A stretch of 64,000 nt of DNA from Heptranchias perlo (Eukaryota), in assembly GCF_035084215.1 (NCBI RefSeq), contig NC_090335.1, forward strand, positions 47,554,001 through 47,618,000. The letters run 5' to 3'. Every line of letters starts with the position of its first letter. Position 1 is the first letter of the stretch. The translations under genes and the position numbers were made by a program. This document shows positions 52,030 to 64,000 of this stretch, one piece after another. Below the pieces are notes generated by a model. The model searched no databases and was not told where the DNA came from. It saw nothing but the letters and a program-made list of their open reading frames with translations.

Positions 52030-52250
52030 GTAGAACGTATAGCCCAGAAACAGACCATTCGGCCCAACTGGTCTGTGCTGGTGTCTATGCTCCACACAAG
52101 CCTGCTCCCACCCCTCTTCTAACCTTTTCATTCTTTTCCCACTCGTGCGTTTATCTAGCTTTCCCCTGAAATGCTATTTGCCTCAACTACTCCACGTGGT
52201 AGCGAATTCCACGTTCTAACCTCCTCTCTGGGTAAAGAAGCTTCTCCTCA
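52030..52250 (-). mobile_element. CR1 3' fragment
   Basis: similar to 1745-1910. Confidence 0.65.
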
Positions 52251-52881
52251 ATTTAAGTGCACTCAAGGATGTATATTTAATAAAAGAAAAACTTTAGCAT
52301 TGCTCCAGTATAATTGAGGTGAAATGGCAACCTTCTCTATCATTGAGATCACATACTAAACAACTGTGGTAAATAAAAAATGAGCAATAGACAATCAGAA
52401 ATACAATTAGTCACATCTTGATTCCCAGTTAGCCACATGTGGCTAATGTATTGGACAACACTGGCTTATTGCATCCACTTCTATTCTGATTTGTGCCTGG
52501 AGAAACAGATGGTTTAATTTTAAAATGTTGGCCCTGATGGGAAGTGATACTTTGTGAAATTAAGTATATTGTAGTAATAGCAACTCCAGTGCCAGTAAAT
52601 GCCTTTTTAAAATAAACTTCTCATCTGCCTCTTAACAGCTATCTTGCAATTCACCAGATGAGCCACAGTTTGACTAAAGCAGTTAGATTTCAATCAATTG
52701 AAACCGTATCCTAGTAAAGTATAGCTAGTAGCTATGTTTATGCTCGTCTGCAAGCATTTATAGGCTTCATGTTGGCAGGGATGTGGGAGTTCTTATCTTA
52801 CTCAATATTCTACAGCATCCATATTGCAATCTTAGTTGAAGGGTATTCATTTATTGTTTGTTTCTCTTCTGTTTCTTGCAG

Positions 52882-53247
52882 GACTGAGTTCAGGACGTAT
52901 TGTAAAAGTCCCATCAGGTCCTCTGTACCGTGTGGTAGGAACACCAGTCAGCATTCCCTGTAATGTCAGTGATTATCAAGGGCCGTCTGAACAAAACTTT
53001 GATTGGTCTGTGTCTCATGCGGGTCAAAGGCGAAAGATTGTCAGCACATTGGAACCTGAATTTTCAGATGCTGAATACAAAGAGAAAATCCAGAAAAAGG
53101 AGATTTCAGTGGTGAGACTCAGTGACAGTTCTGTGGAGCTGCACTTCAAGAGTGCTCAACTTGATGATGATGGGGACTATCAATGCCAGACACCTAGCAC
53201 TGATGAAAATAGTTCTGGAAATTATGATGCCAATGTGATTTTGAAGG
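52882..53247 (+). CDS. PTGFRN: PTGFRN exon 2, Ig-V domain 1
   Basis: polypyrimidine tract + cag acceptor, gtaagt donor, phase 1/1; RVVGT..IPCNVSDYQGPSEQNFDWS..C.TPSTD..GNY matches the PTGFRN N-terminus (paralogs IGSF8/IGSF3 fit less well). Confidence 0.92.
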
Positions 53248-53429
53248 GTAAGTTTTGCAAAGGATGCATTAATTGCTGTTAAATTTAATTCATTTTATGT
53301 GGATATTTATGTTACATGACTACAAATTGATAATCCCACTTTTATCTATTTTCATTATATGATTTGCTAACTTAAAGTAAAATATATCATAAAAATGTTC
53401 TCCCTCCTCCCCTAAAGTTGTCAACTGAT

Positions 53430-53740
53430 TCAGTGGGAGCTGGCAGCTTGCTGGTATCTCGCCCAAGTTGCTGTATTTAGTGTGACAGTCTTGACCACAT
53501 GGTAGGCTGTTCAACTGTGGGGGCATCACAGCTGAGCCTAATCCTGTCTTGTGCACGCTCACGCATCCTTTCCAATGGTGGTCCCTGGCTAACTATCAGG
53601 GAAAGGAATACTGGGGCCTTGTTTCACCCGTCCCCAGCCAGGGGTACTGTTGCCAATTGTAGTATGCCTACCACTGCCCTGGCTGAGATCAATTTAAATT
53701 AGCACAGTCCAGAAATTGAACTTGGTACCTTGGTCTGTAT
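53430..53740 (-). mobile_element. Ancient SINE-like repeat (family C)
   Basis: B-box-like gttcaat on minus strand; similarity to 27520-27715. Confidence 0.5.
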
Positions 53741-54099
53741 TCACCCATTTAAAATATTCCAATTATTTAATCTAAGTATAGTTCTTATGTTATTCTTCTG
53801 GTGGTCTGGTATATTTGTTTTATATTAGTATTAGGAAATCTGACCCTTAACTAAGCCTGCATCACATGCCTTCACCCTGTCTCTGGATTAAAAAGTTGTG
53901 ACCAACATCATATCAAGCACGTCGTGCCTCTCACTGTGCCACTTGCTACTTGTGAATTGAGGTCAGACTCCGATTGGAACAGATGAACATGCAGCCTGCT
54001 CATCTATAAAAAAAAAATAATTAAATAAATAATCTTTTTGACTTTTGTGCTCAACAAAAGTAGAGACCAGATTTTCATAGCATCCTGATTTGGATATAT

Positions 54100-54260
54100 A
54101 TTGCTATTCCTTCTTCGCTGGGTCGGAATCTGGCAATTCCTTACCTAACACCATTGTGGGAGCACCATCACTACAAGGACTGCAGCAGTGTGAAGGCCCA
54201 CCACCACCACCCGAAGGCAACTAGATATGAGAATATATGTTGCCTTGCCCATGTCATCCA
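54100..54260 (+). mobile_element. LINE family B 3' fragment, diverged
   Basis: similar to 56570-56750. Confidence 0.7.
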
Positions 54261-54280
54261 CTCCCCTCCCTCATCATTTA

Positions 54281-56770
54281 GGGTATGGTAGCATAGTGGT
54301 TATGTTACTGGACGAGTAATCCAGAGGCCTAGATTAATAATCCAGAGTCACGTGGGGAATTTAAATTCAATTAATTAAATTCAATTAATTAAATAAAAAT
54401 CTGGAATTAAAATACTAGTATCAGTAATGGTGGCCATGAAACTACCGGATTGTCGTGAAAACCCATCTGGTTCACGAATGTCCTTTTTAGGGAAGGAAAC
54501 CAGCCGTCCATACCCGATCAGGCCTATGTGACTCCAGACCCACAGCAATGTGGTTGATTCTTAATTGCCCTCTGAAATGGCCGAGCAAGCCACTCAGTTG
54601 TACAATCTCGCTTAAAAAAAAAGTCACAATAAGAATAAAACCGGACGGACCACTAGGCACCGGACAAGACAAAGGCAAACCAAGCCCAGTCGACCCTGCA
54701 AAGTCCTCCTCACTAACATCTTGTTCCAAAATTGGGAGAGCTGTCCCACAGACTAGCCAAGCAACAGCCTGACATAGCCATACTCATGGAATCATACCTT
54801 TTCAGCCAACGTCCCAGACTCTTCCATCACCATCCCTGGGTATGTCCTGTCCCACCGGCAGGACAGACCGACCAGAGGTGGCGGTACAATGATATACTGT
54901 CAGGAGGGAGTGGCCCGGCATATTCCTCAATCTACCGTTACCAACAAGCCAGGGGATCAACCCTGGCTCAATGAGGAGTGTAGAAGAGCATGCCAGGAGC
55001 AGCACCAGGCGTACCCAAAAATGAGGTACCAACCTGGTGAAGCTACAACTCAGGACTACATGCATGCTAAACAGCGGAAGCAACATGCTATAGACAGCTA
55101 AGCGATTCCACAACCAACAGATCAGATGAAAAGCTCTGCAGACCTGCCACATCCAGTCGTGAATGGTGGTGGACAATTAAACAACTAACGGGAGGAGGAG
55201 GCTCTGCAAACGTCCCCATCCTCAATGATGGCAGAGTCTAGCACGTGAGTGCAAAAGACAAGGCTGAAGCGTTTGCAACCATCTTCAGCCAGAAGTGCTG
55301 AGTAGATGATCCATCTCTGCCTCCGCCCGATATCCCCACCATCACAGAAGCCAGTATTCAGCCAATTCGATTCACTCCACATGATATCAAGAAATGGCTG
55401 AGTGCACTGGATACAGCAAAGGCTATGGGCCCCGACAACATCCCGGCTGTAGTGCTGAAGACTTGTGCTCCAGAACTAGCTGCGCCTCTAGTCAAGCTGT
55501 TCCAGTACAGCTGCAAAACTGGCATCTACCCGACAATGTGGAAAATTGCCCAGGTATGTCCTGTCCACAAAAAGCAGGACAAATCCAATCCGGCCAATTA
55601 CCGCCCCATCAGTCCACTCTCAATCATCAGCAAAGTGATGGAGGGTGTCGTCGACAATGCAAACAAGTGGCACTTACTCACCAATAACCTGCTCGCCGAT
55701 GCTCAGTTTGGGTTCCGCCAGGACCACTCTGTGCCAGACCTCATTACAGCCTTGGTCCAAACATGGACAAAAGAGCTGAATTCCAGAGGTGAGGTGAGTG
55801 TGACTGCCCTTGACATCAAGGCAGCATTTGACCGAGTGTGGCGCCAAGGAGCCCTAGTAAAATTGAAATCAATGGGAATCAGGGGGAAAACTCTCCAGTG
55901 GCTGGAGTCATACCTAGCACAAAGGAAGATGGTAGTGGTTGTTGGAGGCCAATCATCTCAGCCTCAAGGCATTGCTGCAAGAGTTCCTCAGGGCAGTGTC
56001 CTAGGCCCAACCATCTTCAGCTGCTTCATCAATGACCTTCCCTCCATCATAAGGTCAGAAATGGGGATGTTCGCTGATGATTGTACAGTGATCAGTTCCA
56101 TTGGCAACCCCTCAGATAATGAAGCAGTCCGAGCCCGCATGCAGCAAGACCTGGACAACATCCAGGCTTGGGATCATAAGTGGCAAGTAACATTCGTGCC
56201 AGACAAGTGCCAGGCAATGACCATCTCCAACAAGAGAGTCTAACCACCTCCCCTTGACATTCAACGGCATTACCATCGCCGAATCCCCCACCATCAACAT
56301 CCTGGGGGTCACCATTGACCAGAAACCTAACTGGACCAGCCATATAAATACTATGGCTACCCTAAACATTCACTCCCTTCACCACTGGCGCACTGTGGCT
56401 GCAGTGTGCACCATCCACAGGATGCACTGCAGCAACTTGCCAAGGCTTCTTCGACAGCACCTCCCAAACCCGCGACCTCTACCACCTAGAAGGATAAGAG
56501 CAGCAGGCACATGGGAACAACACCACCTGCACGTTCCCCTCCAAGTCACACACCATCCCGACTTGGAAATATATCGCTGTTCCTTCATCATCGCTGGGTC
56601 AAAATCCTGGAACTCCCTTCCTAACAGCACTGTGGGAGAAACTTCACCACACGGACTGCAGCGGTTCAAGAAGGCGGCTCACCACCACCTTCTCGAGGGC
56701 AACTAGGGATGGGCAATAAATGCTAGCCTCGCCAGCGACGCCCACGTCCCATAAACAAATTTTTTTTTAA
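54281..56770 (+). mobile_element. LINE family B (CR1/L2/Jockey group): tRNA-like head, APE fragment, RT; internally deleted
   Basis: PDIAILMESYL..RQDR..GGG; GPDNIP..NYRPIS..AAFDRVW..PQGSVLGP..FADD. Confidence 0.9.
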
Positions 56771-57519
56771 AATTTAATTTTTCTATTTCCTAACTCTGTT
56801 TACCCATGTGTCTATATCCATACCTGCTTGAGTCCTAGCCTCTTAAGCCACCTCATCACTTGGGTGGGAGTCATTGAGTCACTCTTGAGACATGGCGGCA
56901 TCTTCAGCTTTCACTCCTGGTAGCCCACTAGCGTTGGGCATTGGCTTTATTGGCCGAATGGTCAGTTGGAGAACAGGTCGAATAGTTGCAGTTAAGTCTT
57001 GGAAGACCTGAACTATGGTGCTGTTAAGTTTGTCTTGCAAGGAGCCACTGGAAGCAATTCATAGCTTCCATTCCAGAGACAATGACTGTCCATGGGTCTG
57101 CCTCCCAGGAATTTTATAGCTGTACATCTCTCTTGGATAACCTCAAGCTCCTGGGTGATCTGCATTGCTTTGCAAATTTCCTTCATGGCGTTGCTGATGT
57201 GGGTTGTGGATTTCTCCAACTTATCCACCATCTGCAGCACATTCATGGAAACCATCTCCACTGCTTGCATGAGTTCTATACTCTCCATGCAAAAAAAAGT
57301 TTTAAAAAAAATTCAACCCCTGAAATTAAGGCCCCTGGACTCCTCAGCAGTTGTTTCTGTCCCCACAGGTCTGACTCTGTTATATCCTCACCTTTAACTT
57401 CCTGCTCACTGGTGCTCTGTGCATCATGTGATAGTCCTTCTGGTTCGTTCGTTCTTTGTGTATCTGAGCAGTTAGCAAGGTGCCATGATATGGGTGGGGC
57501 TGATGTAGCAGTTGTGGAG

Positions 57520-57820
57520 GTGCAGCAAATTTGCACACAGCAAGGTGCCACAAGTAGCAATAAAATAAATGATGAGTTAATCTGTGGTGGTGGTGATTTG
57601 AGGGATAAATGTTGGCCAGGACACCGGAAGAACTCTCCTGTTCTTTGAATACGGTCTCTTACGTCCACCTGAGGGGTCAGATCGGGCTTCAGTCTAATGT
57701 CTTATCTGAAAGACGGCACCGAAAGTACTGCATTGAAGTGACAGCTCAGATTATCTGTCCTGGAGTGGGGTTTGAACCTACAACCTTCTGACTCAAGTCA
57801 GTATGCTATCACTGAGCCAA
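57520..57820 (-). mobile_element. Deu-type SINE
   Basis: reverse complement of the 3655 family, with A and B boxes. Confidence 0.75.
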
Positions 57821-58719
57821 AGCTGAAACTTCATCTTCCATCCCAGAGTTTTAAAGCCAAGCATCCTGAGCTGAATATAAATCTCAATCAGAATGGTGTC
57901 AAATTTTAATTGTATGCTTTACAAATAATTTATTTAGTCTATCTAGTTACACTTCCTACTTGGAAATGATTTGGAACCACCGCAGTTTACAATTTCTGTT
58001 TTTTTTTCCCCCTCTTCCTCCTCCCCACCCCGAGCCAAAATTAAAAACCTAAAGTTTACCTCTTGGGGAATAGTGTTTGAAAGGACATTTGGCTCAGTGG
58101 ACCATGTTCAAAGTTGATTATAGGCCATCAAACATGTGAAGATTTTTGATTCTGTAGGGCATCAGTGGTGGTCTAATTTGAATAGAATGACAAATGGTTC
58201 CAGTTGCAAAGAATCCAATGACCAGATGGTTCAAAAGAATGGCAGAAATCATGATTAAAGAGTAATATGAGCTGCTGCTTGCATTGTCCAGGGAGCAATG
58301 TTGCTTTTCAATAGTGTGCACTATGAACAAGGGTGAGGGCGATGAAACAACAACTTGAGTTCATATAGTGCCTTTAAGGGACAGGCGAGAAGAAAGCCTC
58401 CTTCAACAAGTACATAGCTGACAGAGAGGTTTTATTTTAATAACTGAATGAATTGTTAAGTATTTCTGTTTTGTAATGTTGTCTTGCAGTTACTGATGCC
58501 AGCCTTTGTTGACACTTGTCAGTTTGGGAATGCTAAAGAATCTATCTGTTATCCTTCCAAATGCAGTCTAGGTCCTGGGAAGCTGCCAGGTCCTATAATT
58601 GTTCTAGCTGTGTAGAATGGGTCATTGATTACACACTGATGTTCTGTACTCACTTACAATGAAGTCTGGACAGTGTTGATAGAAGCTTGATGTTTCAGTC
58701 TCTATCTTGCAGCATATAA

Positions 58720-59095
58720 AGTAATAAAATAAAGGGGTAAAGCTAAACTTATACACATTATTGATTAGGCCTCAAGTTAGAATATTCTGTCCAGTTTTGG
58801 GTGCCTTACTTTAGGAAGGATGTCAAGGTGATTCACTAAGGTGATATCAGGTATCAGAGAGGTTTTAGTTATAAAGACTAGAGAAACTCATTCTCTTTTC
58901 AGGTCAAAAAAAGTCAAGGGGAGATCTGATGGAGAAAAAATAATGGGGGTTAGGGGAAAAAACAATTTCCACTGGTAAGTGAATTGGTCATTTGAAGGCG
59001 TATATTTAAGATTGTCGCCAAAAAACAAAGGGAGACACTAGGATATTGTTTTTTAACGCATTAGGTTGATAGAATGTCTTACCAGAAACGATGTT
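58720..59095 (+). mobile_element. Old CR1 3' fragment
   Basis: LIRPQ.EY.VQFW remnants. Confidence 0.6.
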
Positions 59096-59268
59096 ACATA
59101 GAGATAAAAGTTAGCTGAAACATGTCACAGCTGACAGGTCAAGGGTGTGAAACAAGATGTTACCGAGACACCAAGTAAAAATCCTGATTCTTTTATAACT
59201 ATCCCTTTTTTAAGCTTCGGAGTGTTCTGGTTTTGTTAATAATCCTGATGCACTCTTTCATTAAACAG

Positions 59269-59700
59269 TGATCCCAGATGGACTGACTGTGTTATCTGGA
59301 AAATCCAGAAGTGTGAAGTCTGCAAATTACACTGAAGGGAAACCACTGGAACTTCAATGTGTCGCCACCACCACGTCATCTGTTTTCACCCATCTCTCTG
59401 TCACATGGCAGTTAAAGTCAGAAGAAAATGGTAGTGTGATTCAGGAGAACATTCTGTCATTCACTGAAGATAACAGATTTCAGCCTGGTGATTCATACAA
59501 AAATAGGTATCAGAGTGGTGATATTAGAATGGTCATGGAAACAAATGGTGTCTTCAAATTGATTATTGCCCACTTGCGACCTGAGGACCATGGTGTTTAC
59601 TCCTGTGTAGTAGCAGAATGGGTCAGAGAAGATGGCTCCAATTGGAAAAAAATCCAGGAAAAAAGTACAGACATTGCATCGATCAAAATACAGCAGTTAG
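59269..59700 (+). CDS. PTGFRN: PTGFRN exon 3, Ig-V domain 2 (EWI-motif domain)
   Basis: cag acceptor, gtatgt donor, phase 1/1; EG.PLELQC..THL..W..RYQSGDIR..D.G.Y.CVVAEWV..NWKKIQEK. Confidence 0.92.
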
Positions 59701-59959
59701 GTATGTTCTATTTGCAGTAAATTATCCTGTAATTCAGGAATAGGTTAAATCTTCATGCAAATATTGCTGAATAACCATTCCTCACTTTCCTGGGTATACC
59801 AGTGGTTTGGATAGAGTTGCTAGTATAGGGGTTAAAAACGGTGCAAATTTAACAATTAATTTCAGCAAGCTGTTCAACATTTGGGGAATGCAATTTGAAA
59901 ATTTGTGCTCCTTTTTTTTATTTTGGTTTTCTTCTTTCTCACTTTTTGTTCACCCTCTG

Positions 59960-60335
59960 TACTAACTAAACAGCATCTCAAGTGCATCGGGCCAAAAAAA
60001 GACAAATGGAATACGGGGTGGTACGACAAGAGTTGTAGAATATAAAAGTAGAGATGTAATGAATCTATTTAAAACCTGTAAGATTACAGTTGGAGTACTG
60101 TGTGCAGTTTTGGGCACCGCGCGTAGGAAGGATGTTGATGAAATAGAGATGGTCCTGTGAAGTTTCACTAGGATGCTGCCTGGTAGGAGGAAATACAAAT
60201 GCAAAAAGATGTGAAAAATTGGGACTGTTTTTGTTAGAAAATAGATGATGGGATGATTTGATAGAAGTGTTTAAAATTATGAAGCTATGGGCTAGAATAG
60301 ATAGAAATGAGACTGTTTCCAGTGGATGATGGATC
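59960..60335 (+). mobile_element. Old CR1 3' fragment
   Basis: EYKSRDV..QLEYCVQFWAP. Confidence 0.7.
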
Positions 60336-60339
60336 TTGT

Positions 60340-63300
60340 GGGAATTCCTTGTACACCTTCCTCTTTCATTCTCCCAGGTTTAGTTTTATCTTGGGTGTGG
60401 TTATTACTAGACCATCCTCAAAAATGTACACACTGCGCCTCCACAAAGCTTGTGTCTTGACCAACACTTGAACGTTTAACACAAACTCCCAACTTTCTGG
60501 GATCTGATAGTTGTCAATTTAGTTACATTCAACATACAGTTCATAAGCTTTCAGTCCCCGTGATAGTCTTTGTAGTGGCTGGGTCCAGCTGTGTGCTGTT
60601 GCCTTTCCGAACTCCGTCTCCACTGACTACTGTTGCATGCTTTTGTTGTTGACTGTGGATTCGCCCACAGACTGGATATTAGTCCGAACAATAGATACCG
60701 TCCAATTTCCATTTCCAGTTTTTTTTTTTAGTTCTGTAAATCAAGCATAGTTTCTGTTACTATCTCAGTTTAAAACATAATTTTTAACCTGCTGTTTTAA
60801 ATTGGTTAATATGATACCATTTGCTACTTTTTGACATTCTTCTCAGTATTTTGAATCAAGTATATTGATGGGCTAGCTTTATCAATTATGGGGAATGGTC
60901 CCTTCCATCTAGGTGCTAAGGGGTGTTCCTTTTTTCCATAATCTATTACCATTACTGGGTTGCCGACCTGATACTCAAAAGGTTCTACCTTTTTTGTCAA
61001 AGTATCTTCATCTGTTTTTTTTGATTTGCCCAATTGTTTAGCCATGTAAATGTTTGTGGTCCTGATTGATTATTTTTTTTTTTTGGTACCCAATTTTCAT
61101 TGACTGCTCCCTGCAACATTGGTGTAACTGTTGGGGTTAACAAGTGACCAGGTGCCCTCATCAACCTTCCGGTCACAGCCTGGTATGGCGATATGCCGGT
61201 TATAGAATGTGGGGTAGCTCTGATAGCCATTAAACACATAGGAAGCATATTTGGCCATTGTGCAGGGTGATCGGCACAAAATTTCCTGAGCATCAATTTT
61301 TGGGTCTGATTTACTCCTTTCCGCTACCTCCGAGGATTGTGAGTGACGGGAAATGTGTAACTTCTGTTTGATTCCTGTTGTTGTTTGTAACTCGGTGAAG
61401 ATTTTCCCTGTGAAATGTGACCCCTGATCACTCTCCACCTGTATTGATACTACCCACCTGTGGACCACCTCGTGCAGTAACATGCAAGCTACGGTTAAAG
61501 CTGTGTTGGTGCATACCGGGAAAGCCTCTATCCATTTAGTAAATTTATCCAAAATGACTAGACAGTAAACAAAACAACCCAGCACTTGTAGTTGACCAAT
61601 AAAATCAATTTGAACGTGGGTCCAAGGACCGTCTGGCGGAGGTGCTGACCTTAAAGGCTCTATTGACTCCAGCACCTGGGTTGTGCTGCAGACAAACTAA
61701 ACACTGACTAACTCTATGAACAATGAATGATTTAAGGGAGGGCCACCAGGCCGATTCTTTAATTTCAGAGATGGTAGTTTCCGATGACGCATGACCGCCC
61801 ATAGGTAATGAGTGAATGAAAGGTTTGGAAGAAGTCCTCTGCATAACTGGGTGGTGCGCACACAACTGGAAATTGGCACCCGTGCCCTTCTTTCATGAGG
61901 ACCGAATGTGACTTGTGGATCAAGAGTCGTACAGTGGGCATACGGCATGGGTTGTGGCACTTTGGTGGTGCCACTCGCGAATCTGGCAGTAGAGTTCACT
62001 ACTCATTCTGTAAGGTGTGCAAGCCACCAGGAGAGGTTGGAGAGTTCACCACTGATACCTGCTGCATGAGAGTAGCTTCCTACGGTGCCCCGTGCTGTGC
62101 TGCCGCCTTAGCATGTTGATCAGCCAGCGAGTTTCCGTGGGGAAACCATTCTGCTATGAGCCCTGACTTTCCCAAGGTAGATTGGCACCTTCCTGTCTTG
62201 TAGCGCCACCCAAAATTGGGAGAGCATTGCTGCGTGTTCCCGATCTGCAGTACAGAAGTTATTCTGGTGATTCAGTAGTAACAATTGTACTGTTGACGAC
62301 ATAGACACACTCCGAGTAGATGTTGATAGCCACATTAGATATGATGTGAACGGCCGTCAGAAAAGCTGCCATTTCAGCCTACTGTGCACAGTGCATGTTG
62401 CATTTATACTAGTACACCTGCTTGGGTAACCACTGCCAATCCAGTATGTGGTTTCCCATTTACGTGGTAGGCTGAGTTGTCAATGTAGACACTTTGCGCA
62501 TTGCCTATTGGGGTCTTCAGGACTGGGTGGTGATCAAACTGTAAAATGGGCAAGGGACACGTATGTGTCTCCCCTTGGTACAATAAAAGATACGGAATGA
62601 GCATTGTCTTTTTAGGGGTGACCTGGAGGTTACGTTCCATCAGCAGCAATGTCCGGTGGTTCAGTCGTTGTGACGCGACCAACGTGTTGCCAGGCTTTAG
62701 CAGCAAGTGCAGAGGTGTGTGGGGAGAATGCAACACCAAAGTCTGTAGCCCAGTGATATAAGTAAAATGCTTGACTGCCCAGAAGGTTGCCAAAAGGTGT
62801 CGCTCACATGGGTCGAACATCTTCTCCACTCTAGTCAGGATGCGGGATGCATAAGCAATTGGATGTGGCCGCCACTTCCAGGTAAAATGGCTGATTTGGG
62901 CCTGGAGCGATTAAGCACGTAGCATGCCCAACTGCTTGCTTCAGCTCGGTTGCTGCATCGGTATGTTTGTTCTTCCAATCCTGCTGAACTGAATCATCAT
63001 TTCCCTTGAGTAAGTCATACAGCGGCTTAGCAAGTTCTGCAAATTGTGGAATGAACGATTGTTGGTACCCCACCAGCCCCAAAAATGACCAGAGAGTTGT
63101 CTTTGACACTGGCTATGGTAGCCTCTGTGTAATCTCCACTTTGTGGGTGTCAGGCAACTTTCCGTTGTGCTATAAACTGATCCCCAAAAAAATACTTCTA
63201 ATGTAGTAGCTGAGCTTTCTTGGGATTGATCTTTAGACCAGCTGTCCTTAATACTTCAGGATGTTCCGGGCAGACTATCAGATGTTGTTCTCGTGTCCTG

Positions 63301-64000
63301 GTGGCAATCAAAATATGATCCATCTATTGTAGAACAGACTGAGAACATCCCTTCAGTATAGATGCCTTACAATTGTGGAAGCTTATAGGGGAGTTATGGA
63401 ACCCCTATGGTAAGCATGTTCAGCTATATTGTTGGTCGTTGAATGTAAATGTGAACTTAAACTGATCCTCTGGGTGAACTGGAACACTCAATGTATTGGA
63501 GATATCGAGGGTTGTAAAGATCTTGGCTGTCCTTGGAATCTCTGCCAGCAACGTGGGTGAATTGCTCACAACAGGTGTGCATGAAGGTGTGACTGAATTC
63601 AGTTTTCTGTAATCAGTTGTTAATGGTCAACTACCATCTGGTTTCTTTACCAGCCAAATTGGTGACTTCACCATGAATGATCCCTGATGGATCGCAATTT
63701 GCTCTTAATTCAATTGCAGCCTGTACATAAGGATGGCCTTCAGTGGGCATTGGATATTGTTTACATTTACCACGAGGTAGGCCGTTAACCCTTATTTCCT
63801 TGTCTAGCCTACCACAATCATATTTATGTTTAGCCATCACCCCATCAATCTTGATTAAGATCACTTGAATGCCTGGGTCAGAATGAGTGAGGGGAGGATA
63901 TGGTTCAAGTTTCTTAATTGCATACACGGTAAAAACATCAAATATAATCGTAGAAGACATATTACCCTGTTGTCCTGTTATAGCTCTTATCCACAAACAT
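60340..64000 (-). mobile_element. Decayed retrovirus-like / LTR element pol (RT, tether RNase H, RNase H, integrase); continues beyond window
   Basis: SPIWLVKKPDGS*..DYRKLN; TCLP*GFHNSP; FLGLVGY; CERHLLA; YID..KVRAH..GNSLADQHAK; HHCC; QIDFIG..SDQGSHF..AER; PRWKGPF. Confidence 0.9.

Noticed and set aside
52836-52881. Apparent signal peptide MKGIHLLFVSLLFLA at start of ORF 52836-53282
   Set aside because: It starts at TTG and is the translated polypyrimidine tract of the acceptor; the true leader is the 23394 exon
56900-57668. ORFs 57013-57288, 57082-57648 and 57276-57668 as a gene
   Set aside because: Overlap a SINE and have no recognisable domain; at most a decayed transposon accessory exon

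Overview
Repeat-rich vertebrate genomic DNA. The CR1/L2 LINE, Deu-type SINE and Penelope content suggests a cartilaginous fish (inference). The only host gene is the 5' part of PTGFRN (EWI-F/CD9P-1) on the + strand. It has a CpG-rich promoter, a signal-peptide exon at 23394-23436, a 29.4-kb first intron, and two Ig-V exons (52882-53247, 59269-59700), all joined in phase 1. The rest is transposable elements: many CR1 and L2 fragments (several nested), SINEs, two Harbinger copies, a Penelope-like element (PLE) inserted in-frame into a Harbinger transposase, a tRNA-headed single-ORF LINE, and a decayed retrovirus-like pol with two RNase H domains. The most striking non-coding structure is a set of PLE-derived minimal hammerhead ribozyme motifs (CUGACGA...GAAAGCUU). 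One lies in the PLE 3' end. Two short, TSD-flanked, non-coding ~270-370 bp elements in PTGFRN intron 1 are near-perfect 112-114 bp palindromes carrying one hammerhead per strand. Most short ORFs in the track are spurious or TE fragments. TE boundaries without a stated TSD are approximate.
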